Shown here in pieces: positions 23,701 through 34,195 of a stretch of 64,000 nucleotides of DNA (positions within the stretch are counted from its first letter, which is position 1; each line of letters begins with the position of its first letter). Made by a program: the position numbers and the translations under genes. The stretch is taken from NCBI RefSeq assembly GCF_002113885.1, contig NW_018406415.1, forward strand, positions 516,746 to 580,745, read 5' to 3'. The notes beneath the pieces are model-generated. The model worked only from the letters and a program-made list of their open reading frames with translations, had not been told where the DNA came from and searched no databases. Source of the DNA: Mizuhopecten yessoensis (lineage: Eukaryota).

Positions 23701-26700
23701 GAAAATGATCGCAATGCCTTTATACACACACCATCGAACACTATCTAAATTTCGACCATTCAGAAGTCTCTGTGTGGTTGATATGGCAACATAACCTATA
23801 CTAATTGAATTCGCAGTCCCCTTATACCCCTGTAAACCAATTTTCATAAAAATCAAATAATATCTAAATTTCGACCAATCAGAAGCCAGTATATAGCGGC
23901 AATTTTGTCAAATTAAAAAAACGAATGTCGCAGTTGAGTTTGTAATGCCATATTACACATACATACTAAATTTGAACGAAATCAAACAATTATATTTAAG
24001 AACCTATCTTTTGGTGTTAACCCTTTCATTGCCACATTAGTTACAATGTAAATAGGTGTATAAATTACATTAATTCAGTAAAATTAAAGATTTTTCAATC
24101 ATTTTTATCAAATGTCAATATCTTTGGTAATATCCATGGGGTCTTTATGAAATTTGGCACTTCACTTGCAAATTACCTACTGATTATGAAAATATATTCA
24201 AATTTGCTATATTATCTCATTAACCTGTAAAAAATACAGGTGAAAAAGCTAATTAAAGGTAAAAATTTAATGAAAATGTTATTGAATGCATATAAAATGA
24301 ATGAAAGTGTTTGTTGTTATTCATATTCTACTTACAGCAGTAAACTATGATCTTCCAAGAACACAATGACACATTTGTTACTAATTATATATCTCAGATA
24401 AGTTCAGGTAAGGTAATAAAATGATCAGGTAAATTAGCACAAATCTTCAACTAAAGTTCTTAGTTTTATACCTACATAAAACAACATTTGATTGTATCTA
24501 AATCCTCCAAATATGCACTTCCATGATGTACTGGCAACCCCACATTGTCAGGTAAGTTTCAAGTATATTCCTCATCAGGTGAGATACAGGTTAACGAGCA
24601 CAGGTGAGATACAGGTAAATATTTTCAAAATTCAAAACTAACAAGTTTCTGAAGCTTTTTGTCCTTTTTCAAGACTTTTCACACAAGTAACTTTCAAAAC
24701 TGATTAGTTTATCAGTACTCCAATAGTTGGTTATTCTTGGAAGACGCGTACACCCATCATTATATTCACAGAAATGAAGGCACGCACCTCAGATGCTGAC
24801 GTCGGAATCCATTTTGGATCTGGGCCTTTTTGGTCTGCATATCTGTTCGTCTCAACTGCTACGGTTTCAAAGAAAGTTTGTGGCAAAAAACGTGTAAAAT
24901 ATTGGAGATGATTTGCATCAGACGACAATTCGTAATTTACACCAGTAGTTTCAGTGAAATCCGGCAAAACAATATCCGACAAAATACGAGTCCATTCCCG
25001 ATTCAAATTTCCTAAATATGGGTCGTCGCCATTTTCATTTTCACTTTCAATTACCTGATCGTCGCCAGAATCGCTCGTACCGGTACCATCCTCATCATCG
25101 TCAGAATCATCAGAAATATCAATATCAGATTCATTGTAGGCCTGCTAAAGTTCATGTTGTTTTGATATGAATCTTGTGTTTGCCTCGTCGATATTGTGCT
25201 CGTCAAAACCATCAAAGTCAGACTCATCCGACGACTCAATGTTTCATTGACGAAGTTTGAAATTTCATCGGAAAAACTGTAAAAACTTCTGTTTTACTCC
25301 GAAATTCCTGCAGGCTTTTACTCGGTTGTAAACCGGAAATAACAGCCGATCATAGTCACAAAAACTCTTGACGATAATGACGCCTATTTCTGCTTGGTTA
25401 GGTAGCAACGCAGGGACGCTGTACACGGCCGGTTTCGGCCGGTTTAGCACTATACGATTGTGGCCGGTTTCGGCCGGTTTAGCAACGAAAGGGTTAATAC
25501 AGTAAACCCTTTCAAAGATATTAACTCATCAGTGTTCCAGTATTAATCATAACCAGGTTACGTACTAAACCCCTGTAGAGAATTATGCCAATGAAAGCTT
25601 TCATTTCCGAGTCCGTGACGTCAGTCCATTTTCTCGCACGTGCGTGAGGTTTTAAGTTTTCAACTCCACCAAGATTTGTGATGTACTGTTAATATATCCA
25701 TGATTTCATTATTGAACAATGTAAGAAAAAAATCTAACTCTGATGCTTCGGATTTTTCGGAAACTCAACTACGGAGAAAATATGCATTATGCTTTGGGTC
25801 CCGATCTTCCCTATCCATTTCATTCTCAACTACTTGTTCAATTACATGTAATTCCTGTTCATCAAAATCAATGTCGGCATCAAGGTCAAAGTTTTCACCG
25901 ATTTCATCACAAATATCTTCTGGATAGAAGCCCATAAATTCATCATCCTCCCTATCGGAGTTACCGACAAGTTCGTAAAACTCGGCTTCAGCCATTGTTG
26001 CAAAAATTTCAGTCAAAACATGCAAATAATCCCATTTTTCTGACATAAATCAATGACCTCTATCACTGTTGATTTCTGACCGCCATCTTAGATCTCACCT
26101 CTATTGAATTCCCGCTAGATACAATTTTTAAGTAACACAGGAATTCCTGTTACTTAATTTAGAAAACGAAACCTATTCATGGGCGGTATATCCCGCCGGC
26201 AGTGGCAGACAGTAAGATTAGCGTGGGCGGGGATTCAGACCAGCCGCAGTCTAAGAGTGTAAAGTGAAAACACGCCACAAATTGTATTCAAATCAATTTA
26301 TTGAATATAACAGTAACATCTACCCAAAATATTACATGGTAAACTTATCATGACAACAGACTCGCAGAAAAAAATGAAAGACGGATTGAGAAGGGAAGAT
26401 GCACTGACACATGAAAAGTTACAAGTCACTCACAAATTTCATTGATTTGGGGCGAACTGAATTTTTGAGAACTATATGGGGTGTTTAGGTTTTTGGGGTT
26501 GGAATTAATCAAAATTGGGGCGCAACAGCTTGGGGAAAATCGTTGGACACCCTTATCAATACTCATTTGAATGTTACTATTACATTTCGCAGTCCTTTTG
26601 ATACTTTGTGTGTGTGTCTCTCATGTTTTATCTTGTTTACTCTCATTATTATTTCTTAATCAAAAACTTGTCAATTCTCATGTCCCTGTGTTTGTATGCA

Positions 26701-27602
26701 TGTGTAGCAGAACTGGACTGGGTCGATTGTCGGCGACCAAGTAGCTCAATTGGTAGACCACCTGTCTGGAGTTCGGATGGTCCTGTGTTCAAATTGTTTA
26801 ACCCTTGTTTCAAACACTGGGCGACTTCTTGGCAGGGTATTGATGTCTTAGGGAGCAAAACCTTCGAAAAAGGAGGGAGGGATGTAATAGAACTGGACTG
26901 TGTTGATCAGGTAGCTCAATTTGTTAAACATCTTTCAAAGAGTTCAACGGTTCGAATCCCCGGTCTGGGTGTTACATTCCTCCAGAGACGTACAGTATAC
27001 TGGTTTTATATGTCTGATTTCTCTTTCTGGGCGAAACGACTTCATCAAGAGAACGGCAATCTTTACTATATTAGAGCAGTGCATATTATGTAAACCAAAA
27101 TCTCTACTTTTCTTTAAAAAAATGGAATAGTTTGACAAAATATTCAAGTTGTCCGTTACGACATCGCTTACCATAGTTTCGGCATAGAATCGTGAAGCAA
27201 CCAAGCCGACGTCCTTGCGACGTTTTTGTAGGCCTAGTTACAACAGATCACCCAAGAACCAAACATACTTTAAACATAATTTTCATAATGATTTTTTTTT
27301 TTACTCATATCAGTCATTACAACCTGGGGATATAAGCTATATTAATGATCTAATGAATTACCGGATATTTGTGTCGAAAATCATAATCGATCGTTTGCAC
27401 AGACCACGCCGGTCGGGCACGATAACAATGAAATGCTATAATAACAAGTGATGTTTTTACAAATAGAAGTTTTCTATATCATGGACCAGGTAGTGATAAA
27501 CAAAAAACATCAAGTATTCGTGTAAATGCGAATGTTGTCTTTGCTTACCGATGAAAAATTCGAGTTTTGATTTGCCATGGCGCCCAGGTCAATCGACGCC
27601 AT
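8764..27602 (-). CDS. PUF60: Poly(U)-binding splicing factor PUF60 / half pint (2 RRM + C-terminal UHM), about 581 aa, 14 coding exons
   Basis: Exons (plus-strand coordinates): 27549-27602, 22457-22504, 22230-22269, 15737-15936, 15273-15331, 14530(or 14527)-14743, 13395-13522, 12785-12856, 10808-10910, 10441-10575, 10090-10255, 9519-9745, 9048-9237, 8764-8873. All are GT-AG with consistent phases. Hallmark peptides: [114 protein letters not shown]. The three short 5' exons are less certain than the core. Confidence 0.95.
11389..11715. mobile_element. MITE with CAGGG...CCCTG imperfect termini
   Basis: Starts CAGGGCCAAACACT and ends ATGTGAAACCCTG, with internal GGACTAG/CTAGTCC repeated motifs. 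No clear TSD. Confidence 0.45.
12050..12130. mobile_element. 81-bp piggyBac-type MITE
   Basis: TTAA-CCCTTTCA...TGAAAGGG-TTAA. A closely similar reverse-oriented copy lies at 45927-46010. Confidence 0.75.
17502..17915. mobile_element. Non-autonomous repeat with a terminal ~145-bp hairpin
   Basis: 17511-17655 is an imperfect palindrome (CCCTACCTGGAGGGTG...CACCCTCAAGGTAGGG; ATCTCCAACCC...GGGTTGGAGAT), followed by TGACGTCA-rich sequence. A similar architecture occurs at 43060-43465. Confidence 0.55.
22622..22991. mobile_element. MITE with AGGCCAAAAA...TTTTGGGGCCT termini
   Basis: Imperfect TIRs AGGCCAAAAAAAAAATATATAGTCTGTTTC / GAAACAGACACCTATTTTGGGGCCT, with internal GCTAGGGT(A/C)GGT repeats. 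Confidence 0.55.
23395..23992. repeat. Degenerate satellite-like tandem repeat (HINE core type)
   Basis: Recurring GAATTTGCAGTCCCC, ATATCTAAATTTCGACCAATC and GTTG(C/A)TATGGCAAC blocks. Confidence 0.6.
24021..25493 (-). mobile_element. Internally deleted piggyBac transposon
   Basis: TTAA TSDs at 24017-24020 and 25494-25497. TIRs CCCTTTCATTGC / GCAACGAAAGGG match 11/12. Subterminal GGCCGGTTTCGGCCGGTTTAGCA occurs twice. The minus strand carries a disrupted acidic N-terminus plus PGBD-like [23 protein letters not shown]...[19 protein letters not shown]; the catalytic region is absent. Confidence 0.85.
25640..26259 (-). mobile_element. Second truncated piggyBac-like fragment (5' end and acidic transposase N-terminus)
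   Basis: ORF 25765-26046 is acidic ([11 protein letters not shown]...) and continues past the stop as [18 protein letters not shown], which is PGBD-like. One end reads CACTCTTAGACTGCGG on the minus strand at 26259; the other TIR was not found. Confidence 0.6.
26703..26975 (+). mobile_element. Two degenerate tRNA-derived SINE heads
   Basis: Direct-repeated GAACTGGACTG...GTAGCTCAATT(G/T)GT(A/T)A A-box and GTTC(A/G)AAT B-box motifs. No complete cloverleaf. Confidence 0.45.
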
Positions 27603-27739
27603 TTTCCTTCTTGTCACGTGGTCATAAATTATATCCTGAACCATACAGTTGCAATCAGTAGTAGGGGTTAAGCACAAGCTATTCCAAGTGCGCGAACTAT
27701 ACCACAACTGAAAACGAAGCACATGTTTTGGAAGTAATA
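27603..27739. promoter_or_regulatory. Compact bidirectional promoter shared by PUF60 and NHP2
   Basis: The divergent ATGs at 27602 (-) and 27740 (+) are 137 bp apart. The interval contains a CACGTG E-box at 27616-27621. Confidence 0.7.
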
Positions 27740-27916
27740 ATGGGAAAAGACAAGAAGAGGAAGTCTGAAGGAGGAGAAGAAGAGGGTGGTGATAGCAAAG
27801 AAGCATGGAACTCTAAAATTGAACATTTAAATGCTATTTCAAAACCGCTAGCTCCACGGAAATTAAGCAAACGATTGTATAAAGCGATCAAAAAAGGTAT
27901 ATAATCGTGACACGTG

Positions 27917-27951
<35 letters not shown>

Positions 27952-30900
27952 TTCTCTTCATGTGGGGCTAAAACTATATAAACCAATCTTAGATATGCAA
28001 CAGTACTGAATGTTTGATGACAATTTGTTATAAAAGGTCATGGCAAACTTTGTGTAAAACTGAAAATGGAGGACGATGGCAAAACTTCAAACAAATAAGT
28101 TTTACCAGAGACGTACATACTAGTGTAACAGCTAAGCCTAAGGACATGAGGGGGAATTGTGCCTTGCTGGCAAGCTAGCTTTTCCAGTGATGCGGTATAA
28201 CATATCACATAGTTGACAGGTTGATAGAGGATCAACATAGAGGATCGACATGGCATTTGGAAATCCTTGGTTTGAATGCCAGAGTGATGTTTACATTTCA
28301 TATTTACCCTCTCCATTTGCACACCTGTAAGCTGTATGTAGAAGTTTATTTTTCTACTTCTAGCATAATGTGACTTCTAGAGATACAAGCTGTGAGTTTT
28401 ACTATATCATGAAACTGTATTATTTAACTTTTTATACTTTCTTTCAGCTGCAAAACAAAAACAGCTGAGAAAGGGAGTACGAGAAGTGCAGAAATTTGTA
28501 AGAAAAGGAGAGAAAGGGTATGTATTCCTTCTTGAGGTTAATAACTAGCATAATGTCCACAGAGAGTTTACCTCAGAATCCTTTTACAATGATGAAAAAG
28601 TGGGTTTTGATATTGCTTGACTGCGACATGGCCTATATCAGGTCCAGTACACTCTGCCGATTGAGCTATATAGCTGTAAAGACCTATAATAGCTCTATTG
28701 ACCTGTCTGAAATAGGTCTTTTGAGCTATTTTCAAGTGATTTTCCTTTTTAAGGAAAACGGAACAAAGTCGCATTTAAAAGAAGATTGTATCATTAGGTT
28801 GATTACAAAAGACATTACATATAAGTATTCTTTTTAATAAATAATGATGTAAAGAAATCGGAAATTTTACATTTATGAAAAATAAAAATAAACATCTAAA
28901 TGTATGCTTTTTGTAGTCAACATTACCATTAACCTTATTGTTTTATACGACTTTACTTTAATTTAATGAAATTTGAAATTTGAGAAAATATAGCTCAATA
29001 CAGCTATAATTTATAGGTGTATATAGCTATATAGGTCTTTATAGCTCAATCGGCAGAGTGTACTGGACCTGTATATATAAAACATAACCAGGTTGGGAGA
29101 AACCACCAACTTGCGTATATACGCAAACTAGCCTATTATACGCAAGTTGGAGTATGAATTTGTTACTAAAAATAACTCAAATCGCTTTAACAGTAACTTT
29201 TGCAAGATATTATTGAAAATCGCATTAATTTACGACAAGGTAAATAATATTTTGCTAAAAGATGTTGACTGAAAGCGTTGGCTACTTAGAAACTTGATGT
29301 AACTTTACCGGAAGTATTGCATCTATTTTTGGTACTTTCCCACATGCAAATAAAGTTTATTTTCGCATTTGTATTATATTTCATGAAAGAATAAATGCGA
29401 CTTGGACGAACAATTTGAAAAAGTTAAGATTAAAGTGGTTTTTTGCTATTTTTAGTAACAAATCCATACCCCTATTGGCGTATAATAGGTGAGTTTGCGT
29501 ATGAAACGCAAGTTAGTGGTTTTCCCTGACCTGATAACTGCAGATTTTATCCACAGCAGATTTAGGGAAATATTATTTAGGGCCTCATATCAGAGATGCG
29601 TGTGCCCAATATTAATCAGTGTCCGCCTTTCTTTCAATCCACACTTTCCAAACATTTTCTCAGAATCAAAAGACTATTCCTTTTGAAACTTGACAATTGG
29701 TGATCCACTGTAACATGAAGATATCTGCAGTAAGGGTTTAGAAAGTTTCTAAGGTCAAAGTCACTATTACCAGGAAAAGACCATTTGGCTATATCTTGGA
29801 ATCAAATAATCTTTTGAAAATTTGACATGGTGATATACTGTGATATGTGATGTGCAATAGAGATTTAAAAGTCTCTAAGGTCAAGTTTGCTATTACTAGC
29901 TAATAGTTATTATCTTGGAATCCTCAGGTTATTCATAGTAATTTATAGTAATCTTCCATCATTGGAAATCTCGATAGAGATTGTTGCGATGCCTCTTCAG
30001 GCCTCGGCCACATGACATGGCGGGGCCCTGTCAGTGAACATTCTATTTTAATTGATTTGCTCAGCAGTGTATCCCACTTAATGTCGATCATCTTACTTTA
30101 AATTCAACTATCACACAAACCACATACCAAACATATATATAAACTGTTAACTCTTTGCCTGCTGCATAAGAGTTACTTCCCCCTAGACCCATCCTCTCAG
30201 TAATTTTGAACCGTTTGTCAAGTTTTGAACAAATTCATTTTAAAAGATCATTGCTTTTTCATTTGTTATTGTACTTCAATGATATGTTGGGTATGTTTAG
30301 AGACATGATGAAAGTTTATTTGGATACCAAATGTTCCTGATTGTTTTTATTGCAAGAGATAAAAATCACAGGTTGAACACAACTTTGTTAGAAAAAACTT
30401 ATTTCCACTTGTTTTAACTCATTCACCCCTGAAGACGCATTTGAACTCTTCCAATTCAAATGAATAGTTCATTATGAAATTTCAGGGGTTAATGAGTTCA
30501 TCACTCTTGTTGGCCTGGATGTTAGCGCGGGGTGTCTTCATGTGGGAGGAAACCAGAGTACCTGGAGAAAACCCACATGGTCGGGCAGGTGACCCCATTC
30601 CTTTTTATGTTTCGATCGGGGAATCAAACCCCGGTTGTCTTGGTGAAAGGCAAGTGCGCCACCCGACCACCCCTGCCATAACCTCTGCAACAAGTTCCGT
30701 GTCAATTTCTCTTGCATCATACGCTTCATCATTGGCAATATTTTCCAGTAAATAGCCTAAAAACTCATCTTCGCTGTCGGAGTTAGCAACACTATCATAG
30801 CATTTGAATAAAAATAAATTAAATGTACAGAAAATTAAGTGTGCACAAAACCTTTATTCTCTGGAGAATCTGTTGGTATTTACCTCAAATCTCTAAGTAA

Positions 30901-33061
30901 GGTAATTATATTATAGGTGATGATCAGTGTTTTGCAGATAGAATGGAAAATAAAACTCATTCCTTTTGTAAACATATTTAATTTGATATTGTTTTCTTTT
31001 TCTCTTTTGTAAATAGTGTGATTGTGTTGGCTGGTGATGTAAGTCCTGTTGATGTCATCTGTCACATGCCTTTACTCTGTGAAGAAGGAGGAATACCCTA
31101 CTGCTACACACCCTCAAAGGATGTAAGTCTGACCCCTCCTTAAATACCCTAATGTTACACACCTTCAAAGGATGTAAGTCTGACCCCACCTTAAATACCC
31201 TACTGTTACACACCCTCTAAGGATGTAAGTCTGTCCCCTCCTTAAATACCCTACTGCTACACACCCTCAAAGGATGTAAGTCTGACCCCTCCTTAAATAC
31301 CCTAATGTTACACACCTTCAAAGGATGTAAGTCTGACCCCACCTTAAATACACTACTGTTACACACCCTCTAAGGATGTAAGTCTGACCCCTCCTTAAAT
31401 ACCCTACTGTTACACACCCTCTAAGGATGTAAGTTTGACCCCTCCTTAAACACCCTACTGTTACACAACCTCAAAGGATGTAAGTCTGACCCCTCCTTAA
31501 ACACCCTACTGTTACACAACCTCAAAGAATGGAAGTCTGACCCCTCCTTTAATACACTACTGCTATACACCCTCTTAGGATGGAAGTCTGACCCCTCCTT
31601 AAATACACTACTGTTACACTCCCTCTTAGGATGGAAGTCTGACCCCCTCCTTAAATCCCCTACTGTTACACACCCTCAAAGAATGGAAGTCTGACCCCTC
31701 CTTCAATACACTACTGCTATACACCCTCTTAGGATGGAAGTCTGACCCCCTCCTTAAATACCCTACTGTTACACACCCTCGAAAGATGGAAGTCTGACCC
31801 CTCCTTAAATACCCTACTGCTATACATCCTCGAAAGATGGAAGTCTGACCCCTCCTTAAATACCCTACTGTTACACACCCTCAAGGGATGTAAGTGACCC
31901 CTCCTTAAATACCCTACTGTTTTTTCCCCCTAAAAGATGTATGTCTTGGGTGTTCGGATTGTGCAGTGGATAACACATTTGCCTTTCACCAAGGAGGCTG
32001 GGGTTCGATTCCCCGGATTTGAAAAGGTATGGGTCACCTGCCCGACCCTAGAGTTTTTTTCCGGATACTCCAAACATCTGGGTAAACAAGGTTGATCAAA
32101 ATAAGTTGAAAGAACTTGTTTCATAATTGTTGTAAAAGTTTATATTTAGATACTACTGTACACACTTAAATACCTGTTACACACCCTCCAAGATGCATGT
32201 CTGACTCCCTCTGTTAATACCCTACTACAAACCCTCCAAATTCCAACTTCCATCCATAAAGACCAGACAGGCACCCTCCAAAGATGGATGTCTGACCCCC
32301 CCCAGTAATGATGCTGTTACATACACACCATCCAAAGACATAAGTTTGAACCCTTCTGAGTTCTCACACTCCCCTTTTACTAACACAGGGGTTAGCGTTG
32401 GACTTCCTGATTTGATGTTATAAGGCATTCAGTTACATGCCTAATCACATGGGTTTTTCTCTAGAGTATTCTGGTTTCCTTCCAAATTAAGACCGACTTG
32501 TACTTCCATCCCGGCCAACAAGAATGATAAATGCAAGTTAAAAAACCCTTTATATAATGGTTGGAATGTGTTATAAAACCAATAAAGTTCATATATTTTA
32601 TGTTAGCCTACTGTTACTCACTCTCCAAAGTTGTAAAAAAAACCTAAAGGTCAATGATATTTACCTGTATTTAACTTACTGAATTAATTGGACATATAAT
32701 ACAAATGGTATTAGCATCTCTCATTGGATATCTTCGGTATAATGTACAGCTGGGCTATTTTAGGCAAATCCCTTATACCAATAGACATGGGTACATGTTT
32801 AACAACAGTAGTTAGTGCCAGATTTTTTTCAAAGCATTGGATAGGTGTTTAACATAAGATTTCTATTGATCAAACAAATCTTGATGTCCATTTCCATCAT
32901 CCTCAACCAATCTTACATCTCTTGTATCTCCACAGGACTTGGGTGCTGCTTGTGGATCCAAAAGACCTACCTGTATGGTAATGATCAAACCCCATGACGA
33001 CTATCGTGAACTCTACGACGAATGTGCTGGAGAGGTCAAGGACCTTCCTCTTCCCATCTAA
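27740..33061 (+). CDS. NHP2: H/ACA ribonucleoprotein complex subunit 2 (L7Ae family), 152 aa, 4 exons
   Basis: Exons 27740-27896, 28448-28517, 31017-31122, 32936-33061 with phases 1,2,0. Peptides ISKPLAPRKLSKRLYKAIKKA, LRKGVREVQKFVRKGEKGVIVLAGDVSPVDVICHMPLLCEE, IPYCYTPSKDDLGAACGSKRPTC are characteristic of NHP2. Confidence 0.96.
27920..27951. repeat. Poly-C tract (32 nt) at the start of NHP2 intron 1
   Basis: Homopolymer seen directly; G-quadruplex-capable on the minus strand. Confidence 0.9.
28639..29071. mobile_element. MITE with 32-bp perfect TIR (CAGGTCCAGTACACTCTGCCGATTGAGCTATA) and 5-bp TSD TATAT
   Basis: Perfect inverted repeats at 28639-28670 and 29040-29071. TATAT at 28634-28638 and 29072-29076. 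Confidence 0.85.
29089..29533. mobile_element. MITE with ~55-bp imperfect TIR starting CAGGT and 5-bp TSD ATAAC
   Basis: CAGGTTGGGAGAAACCACCAACTTGCG... and ...CGCAAGTTAGTGGTTTTCCCTGACCTG. ATAAC at 29084-29088 and 29534-29538. Confidence 0.8.
30500..30676 (-). mobile_element. tRNA-derived V-domain SINE
   Basis: The minus strand has a tRNA-like head with GGTTTGATTCCCCG B-box and the V-domain-type GGGTTTTCTCCAGGTACTCTGGTTTCCTCCCACA. Confidence 0.75.
31092..31945 (+). repeat. 51-bp minisatellite (about 16.5 units) derived from the NHP2 exon 3 / intron 3 junction
   Basis: Unit ATACCCTACTGCTACACACCCTCAAAGGAT|GTAAGTCTGACCCCTCCTTAA. GT donors at 31123, 31174, 31225, 31276, 31327, 31378, 31429, 31480 and 31890; GGAAGT variants in between. 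Degenerate units continue to about 32360. Confidence 0.95.
31948..32145 (+). mobile_element. tRNA-derived V-domain SINE interrupting the minisatellite
   Basis: GTGCAGTGGATAACACATTTGCCTTTCACCAAGGAGGCTGGGGTTCGATTCCCCGG...GGGTCACCTGCCCGACC; same family as 30500 and 46565. Confidence 0.75.
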
Positions 33062-33954
33062 TCGGACCAGAATCATTGGATACGGAAATGGTTGTCGAGT
33101 CATAAGATCTTCAACATTTCTTGACATACCAGAATCTCGGGATATGGAATTGTTTGTCAAATCTGAAGATATTGGACATGGTTGACTTAGGAGGACATCG
33201 TGATACAGAATTGCTCGTCAAGCTTCGAGACCTTGGACATTGATGGCCCAGTTATAAGATCTGGAATGTTGTGGGTGTAGCAGAAGACATCTCAGTTAAA
33301 TATATACAATCGGGGCCCAGTTATTCAAAACACTTCATTTACTCAACTTTCCAAAATGTATTATTTTCTACAAATGTTGTCTTGTTTTTTAACTTTAAAT
33401 GTTCATTAAAAAACTTGGCACATGTAGTTTAAATTTCAAACTGTAAGAAAATGATTGAAGTTACAAAAAACCATCTTCATTGAAGTTAATATTTCTTTGC
33501 AAAACCAGGCAAAGATGATACCCATGGGGGGGGTATGCTTTCTCTTACTCAGGACTGGTATCCACACTTTTCCTGTTTTGAGGTTAATAGAATATTTAAA
33601 CCAATTGGAAGCAAGATAAGGGAATCTCAACCAGAGGGGGGAATTCTTAAGTTTCCAAACATAAGGCTTGCCAAAGAGTTTGCCAGCTGAAGAATCTTTC
33701 TCTTGGGGTCGAGATCCCGAAACTTACCCCACATGTGATGAAAGAATATTTTTCTTTTACCCTGTTGACCCTGTCAAATATACACATTTTATAACCATAT
33801 TTTATTCTTTGAAGAGCTGTTCAATGTTTGGGTTTGCGGAAACAGGATATCGAGATGGAACAGGTTTTGTCACACAGAATCTACCTTTTAACAGTACAGA
33901 CAGTGTTTATTCTTGGTGTTTTCAGAACTGTTCTAATGACCATTTCATTACCCG

Positions 33955-34195
33955 ATACATAAATATATACATGTATATGTAAATCACTGAAATACATAAA
34001 TATATAAATCACTGAAATACATGTATATGTAAATCACTGAAATACATAAATATGTAAATCACTGAGATACATGTATATGTAAATCACTGAAATACATAAA
34101 TATGTAAATCACTGAGATACATGTATATGTAAATCACTGAAATACATAAATATATAAATCACTGAGATACATAAAAAGGTAAATCACTGAGATAT
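33955..34195. repeat. 25-bp minisatellite, about 9.5 copies
   Basis: AAATCACTGA recurs at 33981, 34006, 34031 and so on up to 34181. Confidence 0.9.

Noticed and set aside
26736-26970. tRNA genes (also at 45515-45585 and at the SINE heads)
   Set aside because: A and B boxes are present but there is no intact cloverleaf; these are SINE-derived.
31092-31945. CRISPR-like array
   Set aside because: Units are contiguous near-identical repeats with no unique spacers, in a eukaryotic intron with no cas genes. The same applies to 33955-34195 and 44090-44740.
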